DNA of 64,000 nt, from contig CAWGKG010000024.1 in the NCBI GenBank assembly GCA_963823035.1, positions 1 to 64,000 of the forward strand, written 5' to 3'. A program made the translations under genes and the position numbers. Positions 1 to 9,999 of this stretch are shown piece after piece. The notes beneath the pieces are model-generated. The model saw only the letters and a list, made by a program, of their open reading frames with translations. It did not search any database and was not told the origin of the DNA. The stretch is from an uncultured Gemmatimonadales bacterium. Lineage in GTDB: Bacteria > Gemmatimonadota > Gemmatimonadetes > Longimicrobiales > Gaopeijiaceae. Position 1 is the first letter of the stretch; every line of letters starts with the position of its first letter.

Positions 1-46
1 GGGGTGGTTCGCGAGCTGGCCTCGATGTGACGGGGAGGCGAGGTCC

Positions 47-2419
47 ATGAGCCGACCGTCGACGCTGGGGCTCGCCCTCGTCGCCTTCTCCCTGGCGGGC
101 GCCTCGCCCGGATCGCTCCGGGCGCAGGTCACCGCCACCGACTACGCGCGCGCCGAGGCGTTCCTCGGGTGGAACACCCGGAACCTCGTGTCGGGGGACC
201 AGGTCGACCCCGCCTGGATCGACGGGGGCGACCGCTTCTGGTACCGGAACCACGTCCGCGACGGCTGGGAGTTCATCCTGGTGGATCCCGCGCGGCGCAC
301 ACGCGGGCGCGCGTTCGACCACGACCGCGTCGCGGCGGCCCTCTCGGTCGCGCGGGACACCAGCTACGAGGGGCGCAAGCTGCCCTTCGAGAAGTTCGAG
401 CTCGTGGACGGCGACCGGGAGATCCGCTTCTTCCTCGGCGATTCCGTGCGCTGGCGGTGCGACGTCGTCGCCTACCGGTGCAGCGGCCCCGATTCCGTCG
501 CCAGGCCCTCGGACGGCGAGACGAAGTCGCCCGACGGGCGCTGGGCCGCCTTCAGCCGGGACGAGAACCTCTGGGTGAGGAACGTCGAGACGGGCGAGAA
601 GACGAGGCTGTCCACCGACGGCGAGAAGGACTGGGGCTACGCGGTGCCGATCGAGGCGTGCTGCTCGGCGGTGACCTCCCGGCGGCGGAAGATCGACGAG
701 CCGCCGATCCTCGCCTGGTCCCCGGACTCACGCAGGATCGCCACGCACCGCTTCGACGAGCGGGACGTGCGGGTCATGGGGCTCATCGAGACCAACGTGA
801 AGGGTCCGGTGCTCTGGACCTACCACAACGCGCTTCCGGGGGACTCGATCATCCCCACCTGGGACGTCTGGGTCTTCGACGTGGACGGCGGCCCCGGCGT
901 CCGCGCCGATCGACCGCCGCAGGCGTACGTGAACACCTCGTGCTGTACGCTCACGACCACCGGGCCCGACGGGGAGCCGGTCTGGAAGGACGCGCGCTGG
1001 GGCTCGGGCTCCGACGAGCTCTTCTTCACCTACGGCGAGCGCTCGTTCGACACGCTTCGGCTGGTTGCGATGGACGCGAGGACGGGCGCGACCCGCACGG
1101 TGCTCACCGAGACGAGTCCGACGTACGTGGAGGCGAACGTGCGCAGCGGGGGCATCCCGAACTGGAGGGTGATCTCCGACAACCAAGAGGTGGTGTGGTT
1201 CAGCGAGCGGGACGGCTGGGGCCACCTCTACCTGTACGATGCGCGCACGGGGGCGCTGAAGAACCAGATCACGCGGGGTCCGTGGCTCGTGGTCGACCTC
1301 CTCCGCGTCGACGAGCAGAACCGATGGGTCTACTTCACCGCGGTGGGCCGCGAGGACGGTGAGGACCCCTACCAGCGCCACCTGTACCGGGCCAGGCTGG
1401 ACGGCTCCGCGATCGAGCTCCTCACCCCCGAGAACGCGGACCACGAGGTCCGCTTCAGCCCGACCGGGCGCTACGTGGTGGACACGTACTCGACGCGGGT
1501 GAGCGCACCCGTGACGGTGCTGCGCACCGCCGAGGGCGCGGTGGTCCTGACGTTGGAGCAGGCGGACTTCACGGCGCTGCTCGACACGGGATGGCGCTGG
1601 CCCGTGCCCTTCCGCACGAAGGCGAGGGACGGCACCACCGACGTGTACGGCTACCTCTACTTCCCGAGGGAGATGGAGGATGGGAGGCGATACCCGGTCA
1701 TCGACTACATCTATCCGGGCCCGCAGACGGGGCCGATCGGGTGGCGACAGGCGACGCCGGGCCCGCGCGGCAACGGGCCCGCGCTGACCGAGCTCGGCTT
1801 CATCGTGTTCACGATCGACGCCATGGGCACGCCGCTCCGCAGCAAGGCCTTCCACGACGCGTACTACGGCAACATGGTCGACAACGGCATCCCCGATCAC
1901 GTCGCGGCGCTCAAGGCGCTGGCGGTCCGCTACCCGGCGATCGACCTGGATCGGGTGGGCATCTACGGGCACTCGGGCGGGGGGTTCTCGTCGACCGACG
2001 CGATCCTGCGCTATCCGGACTTCTTCAAGGTGGCGGTGTCCTCCTCCGGCAACCACGACAACCGGAGCTACGACTACACCTGGGGTGAGAAGTACCAGGG
2101 ACTCCTGGAGCGAGGCGACGACGGTGGGGACAACTTCGACGCGCAGGCCAACCACCTCGCGGCCGCCAACCTGCGGGGGAAGCTCCTCCTCATGTACGGG
2201 ACGCTGGACGACAACGTGCATCCCAACGCGACGCTCCTCCTGATCGACGAGCTGATCGCGCACAACCGCGACTTCGATCTCCTCGTGATGCCGAACCGGA
2301 ACCACGGCTACGGCGACGATCCGTACATGATCCGGCGTACCTGGGACTACTTCGTGGAGCACCTCCTGGGCGAGACGCCGCCCGACGGCTACGCGATCCG
2401 GCCCCCGGCCGGGCGCTAG
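47..2419 (+). CDS. Dipeptidyl peptidase IV / S9B family serine peptidase, secreted
   Basis: Signal peptide; DPP IV N-terminal propeller; catalytic GHSGGG nucleophile elbow, DDNVH (Asp) and NRNHG (His). Confidence 0.93.
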   Translation: MSRPSTLGLALVAFSLAGASPGSLRAQVTATDYARAEAFLGWNTRNLVSGDQVDPAWIDGGDRFWYRNHVRDGWEFILVDPARRTRGRAFDHDRVAAALSVARDTSYEGRKLPFEKFELVDGDREIRFFLGDSVRWRCDVVAYRCSGPDSVARPSDGETKSPDGRWAAFSRDENLWVRNVETGEKTRLSTDGEKDWGYAVPIEACCSAVTSRRRKIDEPPILAWSPDSRRIATHRFDERDVRVMGLIETNVKGPVLWTYHNALPGDSIIPTWDVWVFDVDGGPGVRADRPPQAYVNTSCCTLTTTGPDGEPVWKDARWGSGSDELFFTYGERSFDTLRLVAMDARTGATRTVLTETSPTYVEANVRSGGIPNWRVISDNQEVVWFSERDGWGHLYLYDARTGALKNQITRGPWLVVDLLRVDEQNRWVYFTAVGREDGEDPYQRHLYRARLDGSAIELLTPENADHEVRFSPTGRYVVDTYSTRVSAPVTVLRTAEGAVVLTLEQADFTALLDTGWRWPVPFRTKARDGTTDVYGYLYFPREMEDGRRYPVIDYIYPGPQTGPIGWRQATPGPRGNGPALTELGFIVFTIDAMGTPLRSKAFHDAYYGNMVDNGIPDHVAALKALAVRYPAIDLDRVGIYGHSGGGFSSTDAILRYPDFFKVAVSSSGNHDNRSYDYTWGEKYQGLLERGDDGGDNFDAQANHLAAANLRGKLLLMYGTLDDNVHPNATLLLIDELIAHNRDFDLLVMPNRNHGYGDDPYMIRRTWDYFVEHLLGETPPDGYAIRPPAGR

Positions 2420-2517
2420 CAGCCCGTGGTAGAAATACAGTGGCCCGCGTTCCCGCCTGCCTCCGTCTTGGGGGTGGACGGCGGACTCCAGCCCATTCCC
2501 ACATCCGAGGTACCACC

Positions 2518-3117
2518 ATGCCTTCGCACCGACAGCCCCTCTCCGCGACCCGACGCACGGTCGGGCGCGGGCTCGCCCCCTTCGTCACGACGACCCTCCT
2601 CCTCCTGGGTACCGGGTGCGGGGACGGCTCGGGGGGCCAGCAGGCCGCCGAGGCCGAAGCCAGGATCGAGGACCCCTGCGCACTCCTCTCCACGGCGGAG
2701 GTGGGGCAGGTGCTCGGCACCAGCGTGACCGGCCCCAACAAGCGCGAGGCCACGAGCGGGTCCACGCTCGCCACGATCTGCATCTTCGACGGCGGGTGGC
2801 CGAACAGCGTCAACCTCACCGTGCGCCAGAGCGAAAGCTCGCGGCCGGCCATCGACTCGGAGGCGCTCGCCGCGGAGCTGAACGAGGCCATCGACGACAT
2901 GGAGCAGAGCGAGGCGATGGACGACCTCGTGGAGGGAGGCCGGTGGATGCCGCTCGAGATGGCCGGCCACGCCGCCGCCGTGCGCGACGCGGGGGAGGGC
3001 GGCTGGACGGTCGCCGTGAAGAAGGGCGGGAGGAGCTCGGTCGAGGTGATGGTCAACGCCCCCACGCGGGAGGCCGGCGTGCAGCTTGCCGGGATGGTCA
3101 TGCCCCGCCTCGACTGA
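2518..3117 (+). CDS. Hypothetical lipoprotein
   Basis: ATG at 2518 after GAGG; hydrophobic stretch ending in lipobox-like LLGTG-C; DPCALLS...C pattern; good codon usage. Confidence 0.65.
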   Translation: MPSHRQPLSATRRTVGRGLAPFVTTTLLLLGTGCGDGSGGQQAAEAEARIEDPCALLSTAEVGQVLGTSVTGPNKREATSGSTLATICIFDGGWPNSVNLTVRQSESSRPAIDSEALAAELNEAIDDMEQSEAMDDLVEGGRWMPLEMAGHAAAVRDAGEGGWTVAVKKGGRSSVEVMVNAPTREAGVQLAGMVMPRLD

Positions 3118-3118
3118 G

Positions 3119-5968
3119 CTACGCTCCCTCCGCGGCCAGATCCGCCAGCGCCACCTCCGCGCGCCGCGTGTCCGGATCGTCCGGACCCCGTGCCTGGAGA
3201 AAGACGGCGTGCGCCGCCTCGAGGTGCTCCCTCGCCTCGGCGGCGCTCCCGGTGGCCGCGAGCGCGAGCCCCAGCCAGAGGTCGGCCTCCGCAACGCGGG
3301 GGTCCGTGGCCACGAAGCTCCCCGCTCGGATCTCGAGCCCCTCGCGCAGGGGATCGAGCGCCTCGGCCGGCCGGCCCTCCTCCACGAGCACGCCGCCGAG
3401 TGACACCGCCGCGTCGGCGATGCGCCAGTGGCCGGGCGTGAGCGCGCGGCGCAGCGCGTCCAGGGAAGCCCGGTAGAGCGAATCGGCCTCGGCGAGCCGA
3501 CCCTGAGCCCGGCGCACGTCCCCGAGGTTGCGAAGGCTCGCGCCCACGTCCTCGTGCACCTCGCCGCGCAGGCGCCGCCGGAGCGCGAGCGCCTCCACGA
3601 GGTCCCGCTCCCCCTCCTCGAGCGCACCCGCGCGGAAGCGCATCACGCCGAGGTTGTTCAGGGCGGTGGCGAAGTTCGGGTGGTCGGTGCCCAGCGTCCG
3701 GCGCCAGATGTCCACGACCTCGGCCTGCATCGCGACCGCGCCCGCCCAGTCCCCGCGCCGATAGCGCACGGTGGCCAGGTTGTTCATCGTCGCCGCCACG
3801 TCCGGGTGCTCGTCGCCGAGGAGCCGGCGGCGCATGGCCAGCGCTTCCCGATACAGGCTGTCCGCCTCCGCCCACCGTCCCTGCCGGTCGACGTACAGCG
3901 CGAGCTGGTCGAGCGAGCGCGCAACGTCCGGGTGCTCCTCCCCCAGCGTGCGCCGACGGATCTCGAGCGCTTTCCGGTTCAGCGCTTCCGCCTCGGCGAG
4001 GTCGCCGCGGCCGCCGAGCGGAGCGGCCAGATTGGTGAGGCTCATCGCGACGAGCGGGTGCGTCTCGCCGTAGAGCTCGCGCCGGATGCGGAGCGCGTCG
4101 CGCAGCGCCGCCTCGGCCTCGTCGATGCGGCCGAGCCCGTCGAGCGCCAGCCCCACGTTGTTCAGGTCCGTGGCGACCCGCGGCGACGCCGTACCTTGCG
4201 CGCCGCGATCGAGCGCCAGCGCCCGCCGGTGGAGCGCGAGCGCGGTGTCCAGGTGCCCGCGCGTGCCCTCCAGCGTGCCCAGCGCGCCCAGGCTCTCCGC
4301 GAGGAGGGTATCGGGTGCGCCGAGCTCCCGCCGCATCTCCAGCCCCTCCCGCAGGAGCGAGTCGGCGTCCAGGCGCCCTTCGTCCACGGCCAGCACGCCG
4401 AGCGCCGTGAGGGCCGCCGCCGTACGGTCGTCACGACCCAGGTGGGCACGCGCCTCCTCGGCCGCCCTGGTCAGGAGGGAGTCCGATTGCGGATACGCTC
4501 CGAGCTTCTGGTAGAGCAGGCCGAGCGTGGTGAGCATGTCGACGCGCACCTCGGGCCCAGCGTCCGGGCCGAGGGAATCGACCCGTGCGGCGCCGCGGTC
4601 CAGCAGCTCGCGCGCATCGGGCACCACCCCCCGGTTGGCCTCCGGGTCGGCGGCCTCGAAAAGGCTGAACAGGAAATCGCCGACGGCGCGGGCCCGCGCG
4701 GCCTCCAGGCGGGCGGCCCGTGCCTGCCACATCGTGGTGGTGAGCCCGCCCACCAGAGCCAACAGCACGGCCGCGGCCGCGCCGAGCCCGAGTCGGTGCC
4801 GGAGCACGTAGCGGCCCGCGCGGTAGCCCAGCGTGTCCGGGCGGGCTGTTACGGGGAGCCCGCCGAGGTGCCGACGGACGTCCTCGGCCAGTGCCTCCAC
4901 GGACGGATAGCGCCGGGCGGCTTCGCGGTGGAGAGCCCGCGCCACGATCGTGTCGAGGTCGCCCTCGAGGCGCCGACGCAGACGCGGGTTCCGGACGGCG
5001 CGGCTCGGAGGCGGCGGATCCTCCCGCGCGAGGCGGAGCACGTCCTCGAGGGTGCCACCCCGTCCCTCGAAGGGCCGCCGCCCCGCCAGCAGCTCGTACA
5101 GGATCGCGCCGAGCGCGTAGACGTCCACCGCCGTGGTGGCAGGCTCTCCGCGGAGCTGCTCGGGGGCGGCGTACTCCGGGGTGAGCACGAGCATACCGGC
5201 CCGGGTGAGGTCGGGACGCGCCGCGTCGGACTCCTGGTCCATCAGACGCGCGATGCCGAAGTCCAGCAGGCGCGGGCGTCCGTCCGCCTCGACAAGGATG
5301 TTCGAGGGCTTGAGGTCGCGGTGCACCACCAGGCTCCGGTGCGCGTACTGGACGGCGTCGCAGACAGCGAGGAAGAGGCCGAGGCGAGCGTCCACGTCGG
5401 GGCGCACCCGACCCACCCAGGCCGACAGCGGCTCTCCCTGGACGCGCTCCATCGCCAGCCAGGGCCGTCCGTCGCGGGTCATGCCGCCGTCCAGCAGCCG
5501 GGCGATGCCGGGATGCGCGAGGCGGGCGAGGATCTGCCGCTCCCTCAGGAAGCGCTCCGCGAGCGCGCCCGCGACGGGGCCGCCGACCACCTTGAGCGCC
5601 ACCTCCTGCTCGTACGCGCCGTCGGCGCGCTCCGCCCGGTAGACCACGCCCATGCCACCACGTCCGAGCACACCCTTCACGCGATACGGGCCCACACGCT
5701 CGTCCTCGATCAACGCAGGCGGGGGAAGGTCCCGCGCGGCTCCGGCGAGGACGGCCGCGGCGGGGCCGGTGATCGGCGTGTCGAGAAGGCCCGGCCCGGC
5801 TCCGTCCGCCACGAGCAGCCGCTCGACCGTGCGGCGGAGCCCGTCGTCGCCCGCGCACGTCTCGGTGAGGAACGCCGCCCGCTCCGCGTCGGCGAGCGCG
5901 AGCGCCTCGTCGAAGAGCGCCTCGACGCGCGCCCATCGGGCCGGGTCCCGCGCCGCCGCGTCCGTCAC
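3119..5968 (-). CDS. Hanks-type Ser/Thr protein kinase with TM helix and C-terminal TPR repeats
   Basis: LGRGGMGVV, VALK, HRDLKPSN, DFG and TPEYAAPE motifs; TM segment; repeated HPxVAxxLNNL TPR units. Confidence 0.95.
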   Translation of the reverse strand: MTDAAARDPARWARVEALFDEALALADAERAAFLTETCAGDDGLRRTVERLLVADGAGPGLLDTPITGPAAAVLAGAARDLPPPALIEDERVGPYRVKGVLGRGGMGVVYRAERADGAYEQEVALKVVGGPVAGALAERFLRERQILARLAHPGIARLLDGGMTRDGRPWLAMERVQGEPLSAWVGRVRPDVDARLGLFLAVCDAVQYAHRSLVVHRDLKPSNILVEADGRPRLLDFGIARLMDQESDAARPDLTRAGMLVLTPEYAAPEQLRGEPATTAVDVYALGAILYELLAGRRPFEGRGGTLEDVLRLAREDPPPPSRAVRNPRLRRRLEGDLDTIVARALHREAARRYPSVEALAEDVRRHLGGLPVTARPDTLGYRAGRYVLRHRLGLGAAAAVLLALVGGLTTTMWQARAARLEAARARAVGDFLFSLFEAADPEANRGVVPDARELLDRGAARVDSLGPDAGPEVRVDMLTTLGLLYQKLGAYPQSDSLLTRAAEEARAHLGRDDRTAAALTALGVLAVDEGRLDADSLLREGLEMRRELGAPDTLLAESLGALGTLEGTRGHLDTALALHRRALALDRGAQGTASPRVATDLNNVGLALDGLGRIDEAEAALRDALRIRRELYGETHPLVAMSLTNLAAPLGGRGDLAEAEALNRKALEIRRRTLGEEHPDVARSLDQLALYVDRQGRWAEADSLYREALAMRRRLLGDEHPDVAATMNNLATVRYRRGDWAGAVAMQAEVVDIWRRTLGTDHPNFATALNNLGVMRFRAGALEEGERDLVEALALRRRLRGEVHEDVGASLRNLGDVRRAQGRLAEADSLYRASLDALRRALTPGHWRIADAAVSLGGVLVEEGRPAEALDPLREGLEIRAGSFVATDPRVAEADLWLGLALAATGSAAEAREHLEAAHAVFLQARGPDDPDTRRAEVALADLAAEGA

Positions 5969-6558
5969 GGGACGCCCTCCCCCCCTTCCCCGTCGGCCGT
6001 GAGCGCACCGTGCAGGAAGGCCCGGGCCAGGCGCCAGTCGCGCTTCACCGTGCGCTCCGAGGTCTCCATGGCCTCGGCCGTCTCCTCGACCGAGAGACCG
6101 GCGAAGAAGCGCAACTCCACGACCTGACCGAGGCGGGGGTTCATATCCTCGAGACGGGAAAGCGCCTCCTCCAGGGCCACGAACTCGTCGGCCCGGGACT
6201 CGACGCCCACCTCGAGCGCGTCCAGGTCGAGCGCCGCTTCGCCCCCTCCCCGCTTGTCCGCCATCCGCCTGCGCGCCGCGTCCACCACGATCTGCCGCAT
6301 CGCGCGCGCCGCGACGCGGAAGAAGTGCCGCCGGTTCTCCCAGTCCGGATCCGAGGTGCCGGTGAGCTTGAGGTACGCCTCGTGCACCAGCGCGGTGGTG
6401 CTCAATGTCGGGGCGGAGGGACCGTCGCGGAGCTCGAAGTGGGCGCGGCGGTGCAGCTCATCGTACACGACCCGGAACAGCGCCTCGAAGGACGCGGGAT
6501 CACCGGCCCGGATCGCGCCGAGGAGGCGGGTGACGTCGGGTTGGTTCGCTGATGACAT
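5965..6558 (-). CDS. ECF sigma factor, kinase-associated (ECF43 / TIGR02999-like)
   Basis: DVTRLL, TLSTTALVHEAYLKL, VVELRFFAGLSVEETAE and SERTVKRDW motifs; GTGA overlap with the kinase start; ATG at 6558 preferred over the longer ORF. Confidence 0.92.
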   Translation of the reverse strand: MSSANQPDVTRLLGAIRAGDPASFEALFRVVYDELHRRAHFELRDGPSAPTLSTTALVHEAYLKLTGTSDPDWENRRHFFRVAARAMRQIVVDAARRRMADKRGGGEAALDLDALEVGVESRADEFVALEEALSRLEDMNPRLGQVVELRFFAGLSVEETAEAMETSERTVKRDWRLARAFLHGALTADGEGGEGVP

Positions 6559-6694
6559 GGCGGCCGTTTCGGGGCGACGCCGAGGCGGGAGCGATCGGAG
6601 CCCTCGGGGCGACTTGAAGACAGCGCCAGAATAGGCCCGCGCCCGGGCCGCGTCCAAGAAGGGCGCGCCCGGGCGGGATCGAGGAGAGGGGGAT

Positions 6695-6726
6695 GCCCCC
6701 CGCCGGTGGGGGGACCGACGGGGGGC
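6695..6726 (-). terminator. GC-rich hairpin downstream of the HtrA protease gene
   Basis: GCCCCCCGCCGGT / ACCGACGGGGGGC inverted repeat with 1 mismatch; no clear U-tract. Confidence 0.4.
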
Positions 6727-6750
6727 GTGAGGGGACAGCCCGCGGGTGAG

Positions 6751-8319
6751 TCAGCCCACCCTTACGTTCGCGATCCGGGCCTGTCCCGATGTGTCCATGA
6801 CCTTGAGGCTCACCACCGAGCCCGAGTCCGCACCGGCCAGCGCACGCGTCAAGTCCTCGACGCGGTCGACCGAGTGGCCGTTCACCGACGTCACCACGTC
6901 TCCAGGGCGGATGCCCGCCCGGGCGGCCGGACCCATCGGGTCCACGCGCACCACCAGCGCGCCCTGCGTGTCCACCCCCATGGCGCGGGCCGCATCCGAT
7001 CCAGGCTCCGCGAGCGCGACGCCCAGACGGCCTGCGTCGGCGCCCTTGTGGGCCGTCTCGCCCTTCTGCTTCTGGAAGGGCACCTCGCCCAGCTTCACCT
7101 CGACGGCGCGCGCCTTGCCGTCGCGATAGACGCTCAGCGCCACCCGCTCACCGGGCTGGTGCTGCGCCACCAGGCTCTGCAGGCTGCCCGGACTGCGCAC
7201 CGACGTGCCTTCCATCGACACGATCACGTCACCGGCGCGGAGGTCGCCGTTGGCCGGGCTGTCGTCCGTCACGCTCTGCACGAGCACGCCGCTCACCGAG
7301 GGGAGCTTGTAGACGTCGGCATCCTCGGGAGTGACGGGCGTGACCGAGACGCCGAGTCGCGCACGGTGCACGCGGCCGTCGGCCTCGAGCTGCTTCGCGA
7401 CGCTACGCACGAGGTTGGACGGGATGGCGAAGCCGTAGCCCTGGTAGTAGCCGTCCGTGCTGGCGATCGCGGAGTTCATCCCCACCACCTCGCCACGGAG
7501 GTTCACGAGCGGCCCACCGGAGTTGCCCGGATTGATGACCGCGTCGGTCTGGATGTAGTCCTCGATGGCGTAGCCGGCCATCGCGGTGCCGTAGTCGGGG
7601 TCCTGCGCCAGCGACTGGTCGAGGATGCGCAGCGGACGGTCCTTGGCGGATACGATGCCGCTGGTCACGGAATAGTCGAGAGGTCCTTCGGCGCCGATGC
7701 CCGGATTGCCCACGGCCATCACGAGCTCACCGACCTCGAGCCCGCCACTGTCGCCGAAGGGAAGGGTGGGGAGGTCGTCCGCGCCGTCGACCTTGATGAG
7801 CGCCACGTCCGTCGTCGGGTCGCGCCCCACCACCTTCGCGGGGAGCGAACGGCCGTCATGGAACCAGACGGTGATCTCGTCGGCGTCGCTCACGACGTGG
7901 TTGTTCGTGACGATGAGCCCGTCGGCGGCGGTGATGAAGCCGGTGCCTCCGCCGTACGCGTACGGCCGCGGGCCCTGCTGCGGCATCTGGCCGCCGTCCG
8001 GAATGCGGAAGAACTGCCGGAGGGGCTCCGGGATCTCCATCCCCTGCGCGGGAACCCCCTGGCTGGTCTCCGGCTTGCGCACCTCGATGCGCACCACGGC
8101 GGGGGTGACGCGCTTCGCGAGCTGCACGAACGAGGTCGACAGCTCCGGGGCTCCGATCGCGCTGTCCAACGGCACCCGCGGGGAGGGGGTCACTTCCGCC
8201 GCGCTTGCGGTGGGCGTTTCGTGACGGAGCGCGCGGGGTACTATCATGGCGCCGGCGCCCGCCAAGGTCGTGAGGGCGAGAGGAAGCAGAGCCGCCTTGC
8301 CCATTCGGTTGCGTGTCAT
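6751..8319 (-). CDS. HtrA/DegP-DegQ (Do family) serine endoprotease with two PDZ domains
   Basis: TNNHV, DVALIK and QTDAVINPGNSGGPL triad motifs; two PDZ-like repeats; N-terminal signal; AGGAG RBS before ATG 8319. Confidence 0.94.
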   Translation of the reverse strand: MTRNRMGKAALLPLALTTLAGAGAMIVPRALRHETPTASAAEVTPSPRVPLDSAIGAPELSTSFVQLAKRVTPAVVRIEVRKPETSQGVPAQGMEIPEPLRQFFRIPDGGQMPQQGPRPYAYGGGTGFITAADGLIVTNNHVVSDADEITVWFHDGRSLPAKVVGRDPTTDVALIKVDGADDLPTLPFGDSGGLEVGELVMAVGNPGIGAEGPLDYSVTSGIVSAKDRPLRILDQSLAQDPDYGTAMAGYAIEDYIQTDAVINPGNSGGPLVNLRGEVVGMNSAIASTDGYYQGYGFAIPSNLVRSVAKQLEADGRVHRARLGVSVTPVTPEDADVYKLPSVSGVLVQSVTDDSPANGDLRAGDVIVSMEGTSVRSPGSLQSLVAQHQPGERVALSVYRDGKARAVEVKLGEVPFQKQKGETAHKGADAGRLGVALAEPGSDAARAMGVDTQGALVVRVDPMGPAARAGIRPGDVVTSVNGHSVDRVEDLTRALAGADSGSVVSLKVMDTSGQARIANVRVG

Positions 8320-8408
8320 GGTGTGGGTCTCCTGCGTTGCAGTGGGGCGGCCGAGCCGCCTCGAATACTCCCGCGGCGCGGTGGCGCCGTGTCCGACAGG
8401 AAGTGGAA

Positions 8409-8423
8409 GCAAGCTCGATGCCA
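8409..8423 (-). promoter_or_regulatory. Sigma-54 (-24/-12) promoter for the HtrA protease gene
   Basis: Minus strand TGGCATCGAGCTTGC closely matches TGGCAC-N5-TTGC; AT-rich spacer upstream; sigma-54 activator encoded next door. Confidence 0.8.
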
Positions 8424-8468
8424 CAATCTAAGTCGTTATCATGAAACCATTTATAGGATTTGCGAGAC

Positions 8469-8502
8469 TGGTGGAAATCCGCCAGCCTGGCTTATTTGAG
8501 CC
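8469..8502 (-). promoter_or_regulatory. Putative upstream activator sequence (enhancer) for the NtrC-type regulator
   Basis: Minus strand GGCTCAAATAAGCC-N4-TGGCGGATTTCCACCA; the 16-mer recurs at 11440 and 19397. Confidence 0.6.
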
Positions 8503-8538
8503 GTTCCCGGACCCGAGCGGACCCTCCCGGGGCGAAGG

Positions 8539-9999
8539 ATGCGAGCCATGACCACCGCTCCGGCGAAGGGCCTGCGCTCGGCCCTCGCGACGCCGGGCCT
8601 CGCGCTGGGAGCCCTCCTCCTTCTCTCCCTCACGATCGCCGCCGGCGCGCCTCTCGCGTTGGCGTCACGCAACCTCTCGCGGGTCTCCCTGGTCGGCGAC
8701 GAGCTCTACGCGACCGCCCAGTTGCAGGAGCTCACGTTGGCGCTGCAGGGCTCGCTGATGTCCGACTTCTCGGGCAACCTGACGGCCAACCTCCTCATGG
8801 TCGACGCCCTGCGCGCGGCCTTGCAGGACGTGCAGTCCCTGGGCATCCCCATGGACCCGGAGACGACCGACCGGATCGTGCAACTGCGAGGCGTGCTGCG
8901 CAGCGCGCGCATCGTGCCCACGCCCGTCCTGGTGGAGGGACTCACCCTCGTGCACGACATCGCCGCCGCACGCTACGGCTCGCAGGCGGCGCTGCTGAGG
9001 GAGATCCGGCTCAACGCCCTCAGCGAGCGCCGCCTGGCCGTCTGGACGCTCGGCGGCATCCTCCTGCTGGTGGCTCTCGGCGCGTGGTGGATCCCCAGGC
9101 GGTTGGTACGGCCCCTCGGGGAGATGACCGAGCTCCTGGGCCGCGTCGCCGAAGGGCGCAACGAGCCCGTCCCGAACGTCGATCGGCACCCGCTCACGGC
9201 GCCGGTCTTCGAGAGCTACAACGGGCTGGTGCGCAGGCTCGGCGAGCTGGAGGAGGAGCATCGCGACCGGGAGGAGTCCCTGGAGCGGGAGGTGGCGCGG
9301 GTGAGACGTGCCCTCCTCGAGCAGCACCGGACGCTCGCCGAGGCCGAACGCCTGGCCGTGGTCGGGACCACCGCGGCCGGGCTGGCCCACGACCTGCGCA
9401 ACCCCCTCGCCGGGGTCCTGACGGGTCTCGGCAACCTCCGCGCAGAGTCCGAGGACGCCGACACGGAGCGCCGCATCGAGCTGCTCTCGTCGGAGCTGCG
9501 GCGGGCGGTCGACCTTCTCAACGGGTACCTCGCGTCCGCGCGGCACACGCCCGAGCCCGAGCGGCCGACCGACGTGGGGCGGCTCGTGTCCGAGCTGCTG
9601 GAGCTCGTTGGCGGCACGGCGGAGGGCGTCGCCATCGAGGTGGACGCACGCGACGAGCTGGTGTGCCTCCTCCCCCGCGACCGGGTGCGCCAGGCGCTGC
9701 TCAACCTCATCCTCAACGGGGTGGAGGCCACGCGCGACGTGGGCACGAAGGTGGTGGTTCGGGCGGAGCGGAACGGCGAATGGCTCGATCTCACCGTCTC
9801 CGACGACGGGCCGGGCTTCCCGCCCAACGTCACGACCGACAATATCCGACCGTTCTCCAGCACCCGGGTGGGCGGCACGGGGTTGGGCCTCGCCATGGTG
9901 CGGCGCACGGTGCGCGACCTGGGTGGGAGCCTGGGGCTGTCCAGCTCGGAATCCGGAGGGGCACGCGTGCTGGTACGTATCCCGTGGAGGTCCGCATGA
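8539..9999 (+). CDS. Membrane sensor histidine kinase (NtrB-like, HAMP)
   Basis: Two TM segments; H-box AHDLRNPL, N-box NLILNG, DDGPG and GTGLGL. Confidence 0.92.
   Translation: MRAMTTAPAKGLRSALATPGLALGALLLLSLTIAAGAPLALASRNLSRVSLVGDELYATAQLQELTLALQGSLMSDFSGNLTANLLMVDALRAALQDVQSLGIPMDPETTDRIVQLRGVLRSARIVPTPVLVEGLTLVHDIAAARYGSQAALLREIRLNALSERRLAVWTLGGILLLVALGAWWIPRRLVRPLGEMTELLGRVAEGRNEPVPNVDRHPLTAPVFESYNGLVRRLGELEEEHRDREESLEREVARVRRALLEQHRTLAEAERLAVVGTTAAGLAHDLRNPLAGVLTGLGNLRAESEDADTERRIELLSSELRRAVDLLNGYLASARHTPEPERPTDVGRLVSELLELVGGTAEGVAIEVDARDELVCLLPRDRVRQALLNLILNGVEATRDVGTKVVVRAERNGEWLDLTVSDDGPGFPPNVTTDNIRPFSSTRVGGTGLGLAMVRRTVRDLGGSLGLSSSESGGARVLVRIPWRSA

Noticed and set aside
3200..4450. 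Periodic repeats in the kinase 3' half as a DNA repeat array or CRISPR
   Set aside because: They are degenerate protein-level TPR repeats, with no identical direct repeats separated by unique spacers.
8424..8462. IHF site between the enhancer and the HtrA promoter
   Set aside because: AT-rich and plausibly placed, but only a partial match (minus strand TGATAACGACTTA) to WATCAANNNNTTR, so not called.
8460..9995. N-terminal extension making the response regulator 987 aa
   Set aside because: It overlaps the histidine kinase in another frame; the real start is the ATG at 9996 with GGAGG RBS and ATGA coupling.
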